Below, piece by piece: positions 53,392 through 64,000 of a stretch of 64,000 nt of DNA. Under the pieces are notes generated by a model. It saw only the letters and a program-made list of their open reading frames with translations. It made no database searches and was not told the DNA's origin. A program made the translations under genes and the position numbers. Positions within the stretch are counted from its first letter, which is position 1. Each line of letters begins with the position of its first letter. Source of the DNA: Plasmodiophora brassicae (taxonomy: Eukaryota); contig CP145420.1 in NCBI GenBank assembly GCA_036867785.1, positions 434,001 through 498,000 on the forward strand, written 5' to 3'.

Positions 53392-55165
53392 ATGGCGGCG
53401 ACCGTGCCTGTGGACACGATCCGGGCTCTGGTCCAGTCGTGCGAGGCCGCCGGCTGCATCGGCAGCGGCCTGTTCTTCGCCGACAAGCTCGTCTCGTTCA
53501 GGAACGACGATTCGGACGTGTACGCCCTGGCGAAGCTGCTGTTCGCCAAGCGCGAATTCAGACGCGCCGTTCATGTGCTGTCGCAGTCGGAGGCGATGCG
53601 AACGAATATTCGGTTCCGGTTGCTGGCCGGACGATGCCTGGTATATCGGTCGTGAATACGTGTGTCGCGTGCTCGTCGTTGAGCCGTGATCCAGATGGAG
53701 GTCGGTGATTTCGATGGCGCCCTGGCCGTGGTTGGCGATGATGATGAGGACGGCGTTGCCATGGACCGCCACGAAGACAGCGCCACAGAACTCTCTGTGC
53801 GTGTCTCGCCGCGATTGCCTCGCCAGACCACTGATGCTGGCAGCAGGTTCAGTCGGCGGTTTGCTTCCTTCGCGGTTGCATCTTTGAGGCGCTTGAGAAC
53901 CGGCACCGTTCGGTCTACTGGTTCAAGCAGGCGGTTCTGCAAGATGTTCGTTGTTACGACGCGTTCAGTAGAATTGTTCAGGAGCGCATGCTCCCTTTGG
54001 AGGAGGAACTCGCCTTCTTTCAACAGCTCGTGTTTCCGCCTGGCTACGAATGGCTGCGCGATCTGTATGCCTGCGAGATCAGTCAGCATAGCCATGAGAA
54101 GGACGCCGTTTCTGAGCATGCTGCTGCTGCTGCGTCGATTGGCCTGCACGACAATTCGAACGTGCTGGCGTGCCAGGCCCAGCATGCGTACAACTGTAAC
54201 CAGTTCCAAGCGGCTCATGATCTGTCGCAGCGTATGCTGAATCGCAGTAGCTGTGCGCGCGACGTTCTAAGGCTCGATCCGTGTCAGGGATTATGGAGAA
54301 AGACCCGTATCACGACGGCGTCCTCCCGGTATACTTATGCTCACTGGTCGAGCTCAAACGGAAGAGCGACCTGTTTTACTGCGCCCATCAGCTTGTGGAA
54401 TCGTATCCGAACAAGGCCATCGCGTGGTTTGCTGTCGCGTGCTATTATTACCTAATTGGAAAATACGACAGTATGCGAGTGAGCTGTGTTCCTTCCCCGC
54501 ATGGTTACTGACGGTGTGTGCCAGTCGCCCGTCGTTACTTCAGCAAGTCCACCTCAGTCGACGGTCACTTCGTTTCGTCTTGGGTCGGGTTTGGGCACGC
54601 GTTTGGCGCTCAGGACGAATGTGATCAAGCGATGTCCGCGTATCGTACCGCTGAGCGACTCTTCAAGGGTTCCCACGTCCCGCTTCTGTGCCTTGGCATC
54701 GAATTCATGAGAACGAACAACTTGAAGGGCGCCATGTCGCTGTTCGAGCAGAGTCTAAACGCATGCCCGACAGACCCCATGGTCTACAACGAAATCGCCG
54801 TTGCTCACTATCGTAACGGTGCCTACGTGGAAGCCATCGAGGGTTTCACCAAAGCCCTGTCGCTAGTTCCTCCCGATGCCGTCTCGCCCTGGGAACCGAC
54901 CCTATTCAATCTAGGGCACGCCCTGAGGAAGATTGGCGAGATCGCCAAGGCCCGCGAGTATTATCTGCGAGCGCAAGCCGTCAACCCGCGAAATGCTTCC
55001 GTGCACACCGCGATCGGCCTGACCTACCATCTGGAAGGCGACCGACATGCCGCTATCGATCAGTATCACAAGGCGCTTGGTCTGCTCCCAAGGAACACGC
55101 TTACCAATGACCTACTCACAAGATGCATCGCTGAGGTTGTTGACGATTGTAAACTGATCGCTTGA
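53392..55165 (+). CDS. CDC16: Anaphase-promoting complex subunit 6 (Cdc16)
   Basis: FFADKL, LFYCAHQLVESYP, AIAWFAVACYY, WVGFGHAF...DQAMSAY, WEPTLFNLGHALRK within TPR repeats. Confidence 0.93.
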
Positions 55166-55256
55166 CACATTGTGCACGGGACGTGCGGTAGGCCGTGTTC
55201 AATCCGAGGATGGGGGGTCATCTACCAATTGTAATAATACGGATATGTGATCAAAG

Positions 55257-57110
55257 TCATTCGACGCGCCCAAACGTCAGCGTGTCGATTACGAAGTTCT
55301 GCTCCTGTTCGTGCGGCAGCTTAAGGCCGGGATCATGAGATGTCCGGGTACACCGTTGCACGACTTCCTTGTACTCAGTGGATCGGGAGAGCACCCACGC
55401 CGACTGGTCGCTGGTGCACGCGGCCGCCGTGATGGAGTACCCTTCCCGCCATCGCGCGCGGACCGATTCGGACGGGTAGCAGAAGCTCAGCTCGACAGAT
55501 TGTACGTCGAAGTCCATGAACGCCGACTTGCTCATCACGACGGCCCACTTGGCGGCTTGGGCGCCGACCGACGTGATCACGAACCCGTTCTCCCAATTGT
55601 CAGCGACCCACTGCGACGGGAACGTTTCCGACAGTGCGAACATCTGGTTCTCGTACCGCTCGCGTACAAACTGGGTCCCGACCAGGATCCACTGCTTGCT
55701 ATTGCCAGCATTTCTCCCGACGACCGACGTGACCACCATCCCGCGCTTCGACAGGCGTTCAACCAGGTCGAGGAAGTCGGAATCGGTCGTGGCGCGGAAC
55801 AGCTTCTGATCCTTGATGTTGTTGCACTGGAGATCCTGAACCATGACGGCCTTGTACGTGCCTTCCGCGTAGCACAGGGACTGGATACGCCATCGGCCAT
55901 ACCGCCGTGAGACCTTGCTCGACTTGCCTAATGCTGCAATGGCCTTCTCAAGAGAGCCGATGTCGGTCCTGGTGATCATCTCCTGGATCGGTTCGACATC
56001 CTTCTGCGTCGACACAATGATCCACTGGAGCACCTTGCGGTTGCTGGGCGCCACGATATGCTTCTTCATCACTGGAACGGTGACCTCGGTATCCACCGGT
56101 CGTTCGCCTCGCTTCCTCGTGAACCCATCGAACTTCAGCAGTTCGCCACTCTTCGCCGGTGCATCATCTGGCGCTCCCACAGAGCGGATGTCGACACGCT
56201 CGAAATCCAGGCACTGGCTCAGGTACTCGTAGTCCGGCTCCTCATCGTACTTCAGCGCGCGAACGTTCGCCATGTAGTACAGCAGCCCATCGGGAACGCC
56301 GCGACACAGCTCGGGCAACGATACGACGCCTTTCGACATACAGATCAGCTTGCCCTTGTGCTCCCCGCGGAACCCTTGCCAGGGCAGCGACCCGCGCATC
56401 AGGTACAGCATCATGTACCCGAGCGACTCGAGATCGTCGCGGCGCGTCAGGCCGCGCCCCAGATGCGCATGCAGGGACGCGTATCGCAGCGAACCAGCGA
56501 AGTGCGTCAGGTGCTGCCAGTACTCGACGTGGATCCCGTTGTTAGATCGCCACGGGCGCGACAGACCAAAGTCCACCAGGCGGATGCCGCTCGTGAATTT
56601 GTCGGATTGCGGCCCGCAGACAAAGTTCGCCGGCTTCACGTCGGCGTGGACGAACCCGCAGTCGTGCAGTCGTTTCAGTAGCCTCAGCGCTTGCAGGGAT
56701 ACCTCTCGGGCCTCCGGCACCGTCAGCATCCACGACTGGTTCTTCGTCTTCGACCGCTGCTCGATGACGCTGTACAGCGACTTCCCGCATCGCTCCATGA
56801 CGACGACGTGCCATCCATCCTTGTGGACGCCATGGTAGTACAGTTTCGGCGCGCCATTGCCGGACATGGACTTCAGCGCGGCGATCTCCTTCGACGAGAT
56901 CTTCGTCTTGGATATCTTGATCGCGACGTTGCGCTCGCCGTCGCTCGAAACGCGCCGGATCGCCTCGCCCTCGTAGACATCGCCGAAATGCCCGCTGCCC
57001 AGGTGCCGTTGCTTCAGGACGCGCCAGTACCCGTCCACAGCGCTGCCGACCGTATCGGGCAGCGGCATGTCCGGGCCGGACGCACCGCCATCCGACTCGG
57101 GGCAGCTCAT
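55257..57110 (-). CDS. Casein kinase 1-related MUT9-like kinase (MLK/HD16 type), single exon
   Basis: GSGHFG, VAIK, HADVKPANF, DFG, RYASLHAHLG, RRDDLESL, LPWQG. The C-terminal extension has QWIIV, FPSQWVADNWENGFVITS and VELSFCYPSE motifs typical of MUT9-like kinases. Confidence 0.88.
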   Translation of the reverse strand: MSCPESDGGASGPDMPLPDTVGSAVDGYWRVLKQRHLGSGHFGDVYEGEAIRRVSSDGERNVAIKISKTKISSKEIAALKSMSGNGAPKLYYHGVHKDGWHVVVMERCGKSLYSVIEQRSKTKNQSWMLTVPEAREVSLQALRLLKRLHDCGFVHADVKPANFVCGPQSDKFTSGIRLVDFGLSRPWRSNNGIHVEYWQHLTHFAGSLRYASLHAHLGRGLTRRDDLESLGYMMLYLMRGSLPWQGFRGEHKGKLICMSKGVVSLPELCRGVPDGLLYYMANVRALKYDEEPDYEYLSQCLDFERVDIRSVGAPDDAPAKSGELLKFDGFTRKRGERPVDTEVTVPVMKKHIVAPSNRKVLQWIIVSTQKDVEPIQEMITRTDIGSLEKAIAALGKSSKVSRRYGRWRIQSLCYAEGTYKAVMVQDLQCNNIKDQKLFRATTDSDFLDLVERLSKRGMVVTSVVGRNAGNSKQWILVGTQFVRERYENQMFALSETFPSQWVADNWENGFVITSVGAQAAKWAVVMSKSAFMDFDVQSVELSFCYPSESVRARWREGYSITAAACTSDQSAWVLSRSTEYKEVVQRCTRTSHDPGLKLPHEQEQNFVIDTLTFGRVE

Positions 57111-57688
57111 GCGACGGTGCGACCTCGACCACAATTTGGGTTGTTGTCCAGTTTTTCGTGCGCGGGCGGGCGGGCGGGCGGGCGCGGGCTGCCTGCACGG
57201 GCCGCGGACACGGACGGGCGCGACCGCGCGCAAAAGTTGCGCCCACTGACCCACTGGGGCCCAGCGCCCAGATTATCCTTGACCCACGGCCACCGCCCAC
57301 GGGGCTGCCCGCTCCCCGCTGCTGAATGCTGATGTCCGACGACCACTGTTGCGCCCGGCAAAATCGGCGCTCCCCGCTGCCTGGCCACGCGCTGCCAGCA
57401 GTCACTGTCAGCCCGGGACCCGACCAGGCCCATCTTGTGCGGGGAGGAAGATGTTTGAAACGGACAGCGCGTCGTTTAACATTGCCGTCGATTGCAAACA
57501 AGCGGCGGGAGCGCATGAAACGTATCAGTCAGTACGTCCCTAAGTGCTGCCTGGGAGTCGGAACGGAATTCGCTATTGGTCAGATCGTGTATGGGTACAC
57601 TTGGTGAGGGGCACAATCGAGGTATAGCAGAACTAGCGCATAGTCATATTGGATGGCCCGCCGCTATCGGCGTCTGTAGGTGGTCGCC

Positions 57689-60398
57689 ATGGACGATGTC
57701 GTCTCGTCGAAGCTGTCGATCGACCTCTCGATCAGGTGTGTGCGGCCCGGGTTCCCTGGCGTATGGCACCCAGTCACGATCTCACACCCGTGGCCGTGAT
57801 CAGAAACTTCCCGCGTATGAGAGGCCTGCACCATGTCCACCTGATCGTGTTCGTCTCGATTGCCGACTCGAGGAAGGAGGGCGAGCAGTACATCGGGCAT
57901 ACAGACATCCTCAGGTCTGCTGTGAACCACCACGAGGGGACCCTGGCTACGAGGCGCGCTGACGCCTGTTCACGCGCGTGTAGAGATGTCACGAACTCGG
58001 AGCTCACGCCACAGTTCACTGTGGAGTACTACTTCGAGGAGAACCAGATCCTGACGCTGCGCGCGTACCATTCGTCCAAGGAGCTGGATCAGAAGGATGC
58101 GACGCCTCCAGGCGAATCCGACCTGATCGGCCAATGCCAGATGCTGCTCAGCGATTTGGTCTCGTCGCCCACCAGGACAGCTCGGTACCTCGAGTGGGAA
58201 CGCAACCGCCATATCGCCTGTCTGATTCGCCAGCCAGACGTGACCTGATGCTGGGCAATGCCACCGTCAGAGGACCGTCGTCGGAGCCGTCCAGGGTCGT
58301 CGTACGATGCGAGAAGGTGGCCAACACGGAAGACAACGTCATGCTGGGAATCAGCGCCCTGTCGCTCGACAAGACGCGGTGCTGTGGGAAACCGTCGCCT
58401 GTCTTGGAAATCGCCCGCGTCAAAGAAGGGTACTCGTGGCAGGTGGTGCACAGTACTGAGGTACACGCGCGACGACGCTTTACGAGCGATCCTCATCGCT
58501 GAACGCTGCCGACCAGCCTGCGACCCGGACCTGTGATCCGGTCTGGCCCGAATTCAAGATGGGCTTGCACCAGATCTGCAACAATGACCGAACGCGTCTG
58601 CTGCGGGTCACCGTTTGGGATCAGCGATCGCGGAACAGCCGGGTGATGATCGGCCAGTGCGAAAGCTGTCTCAGTACGTGACGCGCCCCTGGATCTGCCC
58701 GCGAGGTCAAACAGTCGCCCATACGTGGTCACAGACGATATGCGGAAGCTGGTCAGGATGAAATCCGACCTGGCCGCAACACAGGTCGCGGAATTACCAT
58801 CCCTGGACCGGACGGCGAATACGCTGGCGCTGACGAACCCGAACAAGTCGAGGAGAGGGGCGCGATACAAGAACACCGGGTTCCTCGTGTTCAGAAAGGT
58901 GTGCTCGGCGTCGCCCCCCTCCCTCCCGAATGTGTCTCACGGGTGTGGGAATAGGTCCACATCTACCGAGATCCCAGTTTCCTCGACTACATCATGGGCG
59001 GCCTTACCGTCCGACTGATGGTCGCCATCGGTACGGGGCCGGTTGCAAACCACCGGCGACGTCACGACACCGACCCATGCGATCGCAGACTTCACGGCCT
59101 CGAACGGCGACCCATCGTTCCCCGATTCTCTGCACTACATCGACAGCAACAATGGGGTGCAGAACCCGTACGAGCACGCCATAATTGCCATCGGCAACGT
59201 CCTGGCGGCGTACGACACCGACCAGATGTTTCCCGTCTGGGGATTCGTCAGTTCTGCCGAGTCGCCGCCACGTGTGCCACCAATCTGACGTGCAACGACA
59301 CCAGGGTGCCAAGTTGCGGTCCTCAAACCAGGTCAGCCACCGGTTCTCGCTGACGTTCGACCCGCACGTCGAGGAGGTCAGCGGCGTGCATGGCATTCTA
59401 AAGGCCTACAGGAAGACGTTCGGGAAGATACAGCTGTCCGGTAGGGGGAGAGGCAGCCGACGTCCTCAACGAGCGCCCCGCCCTGTGATGCTAACTGGCT
59501 CGACCGCAGGGCCGACCATGTTCTCCGACATTATCAATCGGGCGACCGAGATCGCCAGCGAGCCGTACACCGCCGACGCCCAGCACTACAACATCCTGCT
59601 GGTCATCACCGACGGGGTCGTCAACGACCGCACGCTGACGACCGAGAAGTCAGCAATCTGCCCGCCCAGATGCGCCCGTCTAACCGGTTCTGTCCAGGAT
59701 CATCGAGGCGTCGGATAAGCCGCTGTCGATCATCATCGTGGGAGTCGGCAGCGCCGACTTCAGCGACATGGTGTTCCTCGACTCGGACGACAAGTTGCTG
59801 GAGCAGGACGGCAAGGTTGCAAAGGTCGGTCGTGGGCGGGGGGCGTTCCTACCGATGCACAGCAGCGCTGAGTCGAGGCATGCAGCGCGACATTGTCCAG
59901 TTCGTCGCGATGAAGAATATCCAGCGAGGCAATACGAGTCGGCTAGCCGCCGAAGTCCTAGCAGAGGTGCCCGGTCAGGTGATCGCCTACATGAAGATGA
60001 AGGACATATCGCCGCCGAACAAGGCAAAGACGTCCGTCGACGATACGCCAGCGGAAGAGCAGACCGTGCATTCGAACGCGGCCGGCGACGCAAGGGAGCG
60101 CGCGTCGATTTCCGCAACCTTCGTCGACGTGAAGCCGCAGGTCGACCCGGCGAGCTCACCACAGCGTCATGGGTCCGTCAAGGACCTTCGCAAGCAGGTC
60201 GCCGGGTCGTCCGGCTCGCCGAAGCGCCAAGGGTCGGCCCAGGACCTGCGCCGGCACGTTGCAGGGTCGTCCAGGGACGTGCGCATCAGGAGCATCGACC
60301 GGATCTCGGAGGAGGAGGACAGCGACGCCGGGACGTCCAGCGAGGCCACGATGCGGTCGAGGTCGACGCGAGCGCTGTCCGGGTCAAGCAAACCCTAG
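57689..60398 (+). CDS. Copine (C2-C2-vWA) with a low-complexity C-terminal tail
   Basis: [16 protein letters not shown]...[50 protein letters not shown]. Confidence 0.93.
60156..60272 (+). repeat. Imperfect 60-bp tandem repeat in the copine tail
   Basis: [19 protein letters not shown] / [19 protein letters not shown]; the two units align at a 60-nt period. Confidence 0.8.
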
Positions 60399-60531
60399 CC
60401 GACAATAGAATTACACATACGCGCGCGAGTGGCGCCTTGCACTGCCAGTCCCGACACGGCAAGCGTCGTCTGGTTTAGATAGGAGCCCGCCATGGTTCCG
60501 GAGCGTCGGGGGTGCTGGCACAGGCGAACGT

Positions 60532-61135
60532 CTACGCGTACTTGTGGAAGTCCCAATCGCGATTGTCTGTCGCAGTGCCCCAGGGTGGCGATTAGCAGCA
60601 GCAGACGCGGCCAGCAGAACCGCGTCCCTACCCAGAGGGCACACACCGCGATTGGCCAGCCACCGGCTGATACAATGAAAATGGAACGCTGTCAACCGAG
60701 CAAACACATTCGTTATTGTCGTGTTCGTGCAATGGCGCCGCTCGACCAGTTCCTACCGTGGTTACAGACTGAACCAACGAACCGTCGTCAGCCGACCAAT
60801 GGTGCAGTGCCCACACGACGGCCATACCTCCCCAGGCGACCGTGCAATCGCCGCTCGACTCCGACCGCTGGTCGGCCTGGCACTCGATGCACAGCTCCAT
60901 GATCAGGTTCCTGCAGATGGCGCACGTGTCGTACTCGGTGTCTGCAACGTGTCAGCGACCGGTGCCTCGGGCCCAGGGGCGGCGCACGCGCGCACACCCT
61001 ACCCCAGCGCCACAGCGCGACCGCGTTCCACTTCTTGACCTGGACACGCGCGCCGTCGTCGTCGTCGCCGTCGGCCGCATTGCCGGGCGCGGCGGCGTCG
61101 GCCTTGTCGTCCACATCCATGTTGTCGTCCGCCAT
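60532..61135 (-). CDS. RBX1: RING-box protein 1
   Basis: [58 protein letters not shown]. Confidence 0.95.
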
Positions 61136-61491
61136 GATTGGCGACCAACGCGGCGCAAATGGACCAGCGGCGGCCTCCGAGCCTGCGAGCCGGCCGCCCA
61201 ACGTCACCACCACGTCACGCGCCGCCCCGTATTCCAGCGCGATGCTGTGCGCGATACACGAACTCTGTCGAATAACAACGAGGTTGACGTCCGCCTGAGG
61301 GCTGACGAGTGAGTACGGTAGTTGGGGTGACTGTTGACTGCAACGGCGCCCACTGCTGACCAGAAATAGCGTGGCGCGCCCTGCAGTTGTGGACAGGGAG
61401 GCCCCCCCTCCCCGGGGGGTACGAAGCGGCACCGGAACACACACCCACACACACACCTCGGCCCATTGCCGGATACCGCGTGCCAGCTCCG

Positions 61492-62652
61492 ATGAGGATG
61501 TCGCACCTGCTAGCCGTGGTGGTGGTCGCCGTCGCTGCCGACGCGCAGTACGCCCCGGTGGACCCGTACTACCTGCCGGCCGTTGGCACCCAGCAGGCCG
61601 CCGTCAACCAGCACTCCGCCAACGGCGTCGTCAGCCAGCGCGCGGACACGGCGTCGGACTCGAACGCGGCCGACGTGCACAGAGCAGTGGACCAGCTCGA
61701 CACGACGGACGACAACCTGCGAACGGCGACGATCGCCGGCGGCGGGCTCGGCCCAGACGGGGTGCACAGCGCCAGCGCCGGGGCGGATGCCCACCATGGC
61801 ACGATCAGGTACCATCAGGGAACGCTGGACGCCAACCACGCCGGCACGACCCGCCGGGCGAGCAGCGCGCTGGACTCGCTGACGAACACGGCGTCGAACG
61901 TCGGGCGGTCGAACGTGAACACGGCCGTGAACGTGCCGACCGTATTCGGGCCCGCGTCGTACAGCGCGTTCGACAACCAGCTCGTCCAGCAGAGGGGCGT
62001 CCAGGGCGTCTCCGCTGGCCAGCAATCATCATACGGCGAGGTCGAAGACGGATCCCTGCAGACGTTCAACTTTGGGAGCGGCGAGAAACGAGCCGCTCAA
62101 CGAGCCCTGGTCCAGCAAGGCCTGTTCGGGTACGCGCCCAGCTACGGCGAGCAGGTCGGCAGCGCGTCCAGCGACAACACGAACGGGTTCGTCTCGAAGC
62201 AGAGCGTGCTTCAGACGGGAAGGACGGCGGCCGGGCTGGCAGCAGCGCACGACAACGTTGGGACGCTGCAGGCCGGTCGAGGATACTACGCGTTCACGCC
62301 GGTTGGGGTCGCCGGGGTCGGCGTCGGCATCGACCAGGTCGGGTGGGATCGCGGCGCGCACCAGGTGCAAGCGGTGAACGAGTTCGCGAACAACGCGTAC
62401 GATAACGCTGCGCTGGTCAACCACAATCGGCAGACGGCGGGCGCGGATTCGAAGGTGGCCCTGGGAGCGGGCGTGATCCCTGGCGGGGCAAGCCTGGGCG
62501 TTACACGTGCCGGCGTGACCAACGATGGCACGAGCTACGGGGAGCGCTCTGTGGGCAACGACCTCGCCACGCGCCAGACGACGTCCGCGTTGAACACGTT
62601 TGATGTGGGCGGACAGACGGTTGTCGGTGCCACCGGCGCGCTTCTTCCTTGA
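61492..62652 (+). CDS. Predicted secreted Gly/Ala/Asn/Gln-rich protein of unknown function, single exon
   Basis: Signal peptide MRMSHLLAVVVVAVAADA-QY, strong GC3 codon bias, no Cys, no TM helix. Confidence 0.8.
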   Translation: MRMSHLLAVVVVAVAADAQYAPVDPYYLPAVGTQQAAVNQHSANGVVSQRADTASDSNAADVHRAVDQLDTTDDNLRTATIAGGGLGPDGVHSASAGADAHHGTIRYHQGTLDANHAGTTRRASSALDSLTNTASNVGRSNVNTAVNVPTVFGPASYSAFDNQLVQQRGVQGVSAGQQSSYGEVEDGSLQTFNFGSGEKRAAQRALVQQGLFGYAPSYGEQVGSASSDNTNGFVSKQSVLQTGRTAAGLAAAHDNVGTLQAGRGYYAFTPVGVAGVGVGIDQVGWDRGAHQVQAVNEFANNAYDNAALVNHNRQTAGADSKVALGAGVIPGGASLGVTRAGVTNDGTSYGERSVGNDLATRQTTSALNTFDVGGQTVVGATGALLP

Positions 62653-62795
62653 CGCACGGCCGTCATTGCGATCGGGCAGTAATGTACTCTACCTGGGCCG
62701 TTGCACGCTGTACGAACCGGTACTGTCCCCATCGCGATGATTTGAAATGTAAACCCGAAAGGTTGCGAGCTATAGAGTACAACACAAACAGTGGT

Positions 62796-63239
62796 TTAGT
62801 GCGTTTCATCGTCCAACGTCTGAATCTGTAGACGGCTGGCCGCCCTGGGAGCTTGACGTGGATCGAGCACGTCCTTCGCCCGGCCGCGGCCCTGTGTCTG
62901 CATTCGCTTCATTGCAACGGCTCGCAGTTTGAGGGCACCGGAGTGGGCGGCACGGAGGAGATTGTGGTTACGCATCATGGCCTGGACACGCTGGAGACTC
63001 GATGCCCGCGATGCCGTTCCGTTCACTACAGTGGACGAAGAAGAGGGCAAAACGGACGCGTCGAGAACAGCTTGATAGACGGTCGCGTGAGATCGATCCA
63101 AATAGTGGCCCAACGCGTGCGCTTCCTCGAAGATTCGTCTCGCCGCTGCCCGTTCGAGCAGGCCCCGTCGCAGATCGTCTTCGCTCGTCGACGTTGCTAC
63201 CGCGCATGCAACCATACCGATCACCAGCCACCCGTACAT
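62796..63239 (-). CDS. Small predicted secreted protein of unknown function
   Basis: Signal-peptide-like MYGWLVIGMVACAVA-TS followed by a helical, basic mature region. The 3' end may be spliced. Confidence 0.55.
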   Translation of the reverse strand: MYGWLVIGMVACAVATSTSEDDLRRGLLERAAARRIFEEAHALGHYLDRSHATVYQAVLDASVLPSSSSTVVNGTASRASSLQRVQAMMRNHNLLRAAHSGALKLRAVAMKRMQTQGRGRAKDVLDPRQAPRAASRLQIQTLDDETH

Positions 63240-63253
63240 TTCTGCCTCAGAAG

Positions 63254-64000
63254 TCAGAACAACAATGGGCGGACTGCCACGCCAGGTCTCAGAAAATGCG
63301 GGCGACCATGAAACTGCGCGGCGCGCGCCCGCACGCGCCACGCGATTTGCTCTAAACAAAGCCAGGGGCTGGATCGCCCCGCCATAGTTCCTGGAATGAT
63401 CTCCGTATCGAAACCGACAACAACGACCCGCTGTTCGCACTGAACGGTTTTGCGAACCTCCACATCCACTCTGCCTCGAGTTGCTTGATCCACGTTCACG
63501 CTGGCGAATAGTAATGGAGCCAGGTGAACAGCGATATCCGGGTGAAGGTCATGACCCGGCCGTTCCCTATCGTTACCGGCAACGCTGAGATGGCCCCCGT
63601 CTGCTCTTCCATAGTCGCGTACCTGACCTACAATCTCGATGGCCACTGCTTCATTGAGCAACCGTCTGGACGTTGACGACGCCAAACGAGCTCGCATGAG
63701 GGGGGACTCAACGCCATCGACACGGGCGCCAAATGTGGTTTCTAGGTGAACATGCCTATTGTCGGACGAGTGCAGTGTCTTCACATCGACGCCACGACAT
63801 CAGATTAGCACCCCGCAGCGACAGTAACGCGAACGTCGTCGGCTCTAGCGTTGGCATATCGCCTGTTTCCGCCTGCGGTCACATACCGCACCAGGGCTGC
63901 CTTCATCAGTCAACGGATTCCAGCTAAAGATGCGAATACGACCGACGGTAACAGCCTAGGTAACTCGCAGACATAACCGGCTGATGAATGACTATTCTCC
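63254..64000 (-). CDS. Probable 3' part of an unidentified gene
   Basis: A 176-codon open frame (63254-63784) with a plausible acceptor site near 63757. No motif recognised; boundaries uncertain. Confidence 0.3.

Noticed and set aside
17964-61135. Cell-cycle gene cluster (PRCC, MAU2-like, CDC16, RBX1)
   Set aside because: The genes are scattered among unrelated ones, as expected by chance in a compact genome.
61371-62405. 344-aa Arg-rich ORF overlapping the secreted protein
   Set aside because: Off-frame shadow; codon bias and the signal peptide favour the 61492-62652 frame.

Overview
Eukaryotic, GC-rich, very gene-dense DNA with many short (about 45-70 nt) GT-AG introns and intergenic gaps often only 100-300 bp. 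This fits a compact protist genome with a flagellated stage (WDR90, CNBD2-like genes). A plasmodiophorid such as Plasmodiophora is my best guess, but that is inference only. About 30 protein-coding genes were assembled by hand: two tandem ABCC transporters, a G-protein gamma subunit, a cNMP-binding protein, a RhoGAP-fold/WH2/polyproline protein, a TMX thioredoxin, TRAX, PRCC, MAU2-like, ALDH8A1-like, an NCoR/Snt1-like SANT protein, WDR90, a class I GATase, calreticulin, RidA, PDHX/E2-like, a VSD-PTEN-C2 protein, SAP30-like, an RPEL-RCC1 protein, an ELAV-like RRM protein, WDR81-like, APC6, a MUT9-like CK1 kinase, copine, RBX1 and two predicted secreted orphan proteins. No rRNA, tRNA, CRISPR or transposon was recognised. 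The most notable points are unusual actin-signalling architectures (a RhoGAP lacking its arginine finger fused to WH2 motifs; an RPEL-RCC1 fusion), a probable voltage-sensor pseudophosphatase, an intronless plant-type MUT9-like kinase, a Cys-free secreted beta-rich protein, and two 12-nt microexons. Exon boundaries and family assignments come from manual reading and motif recall, not database searches.
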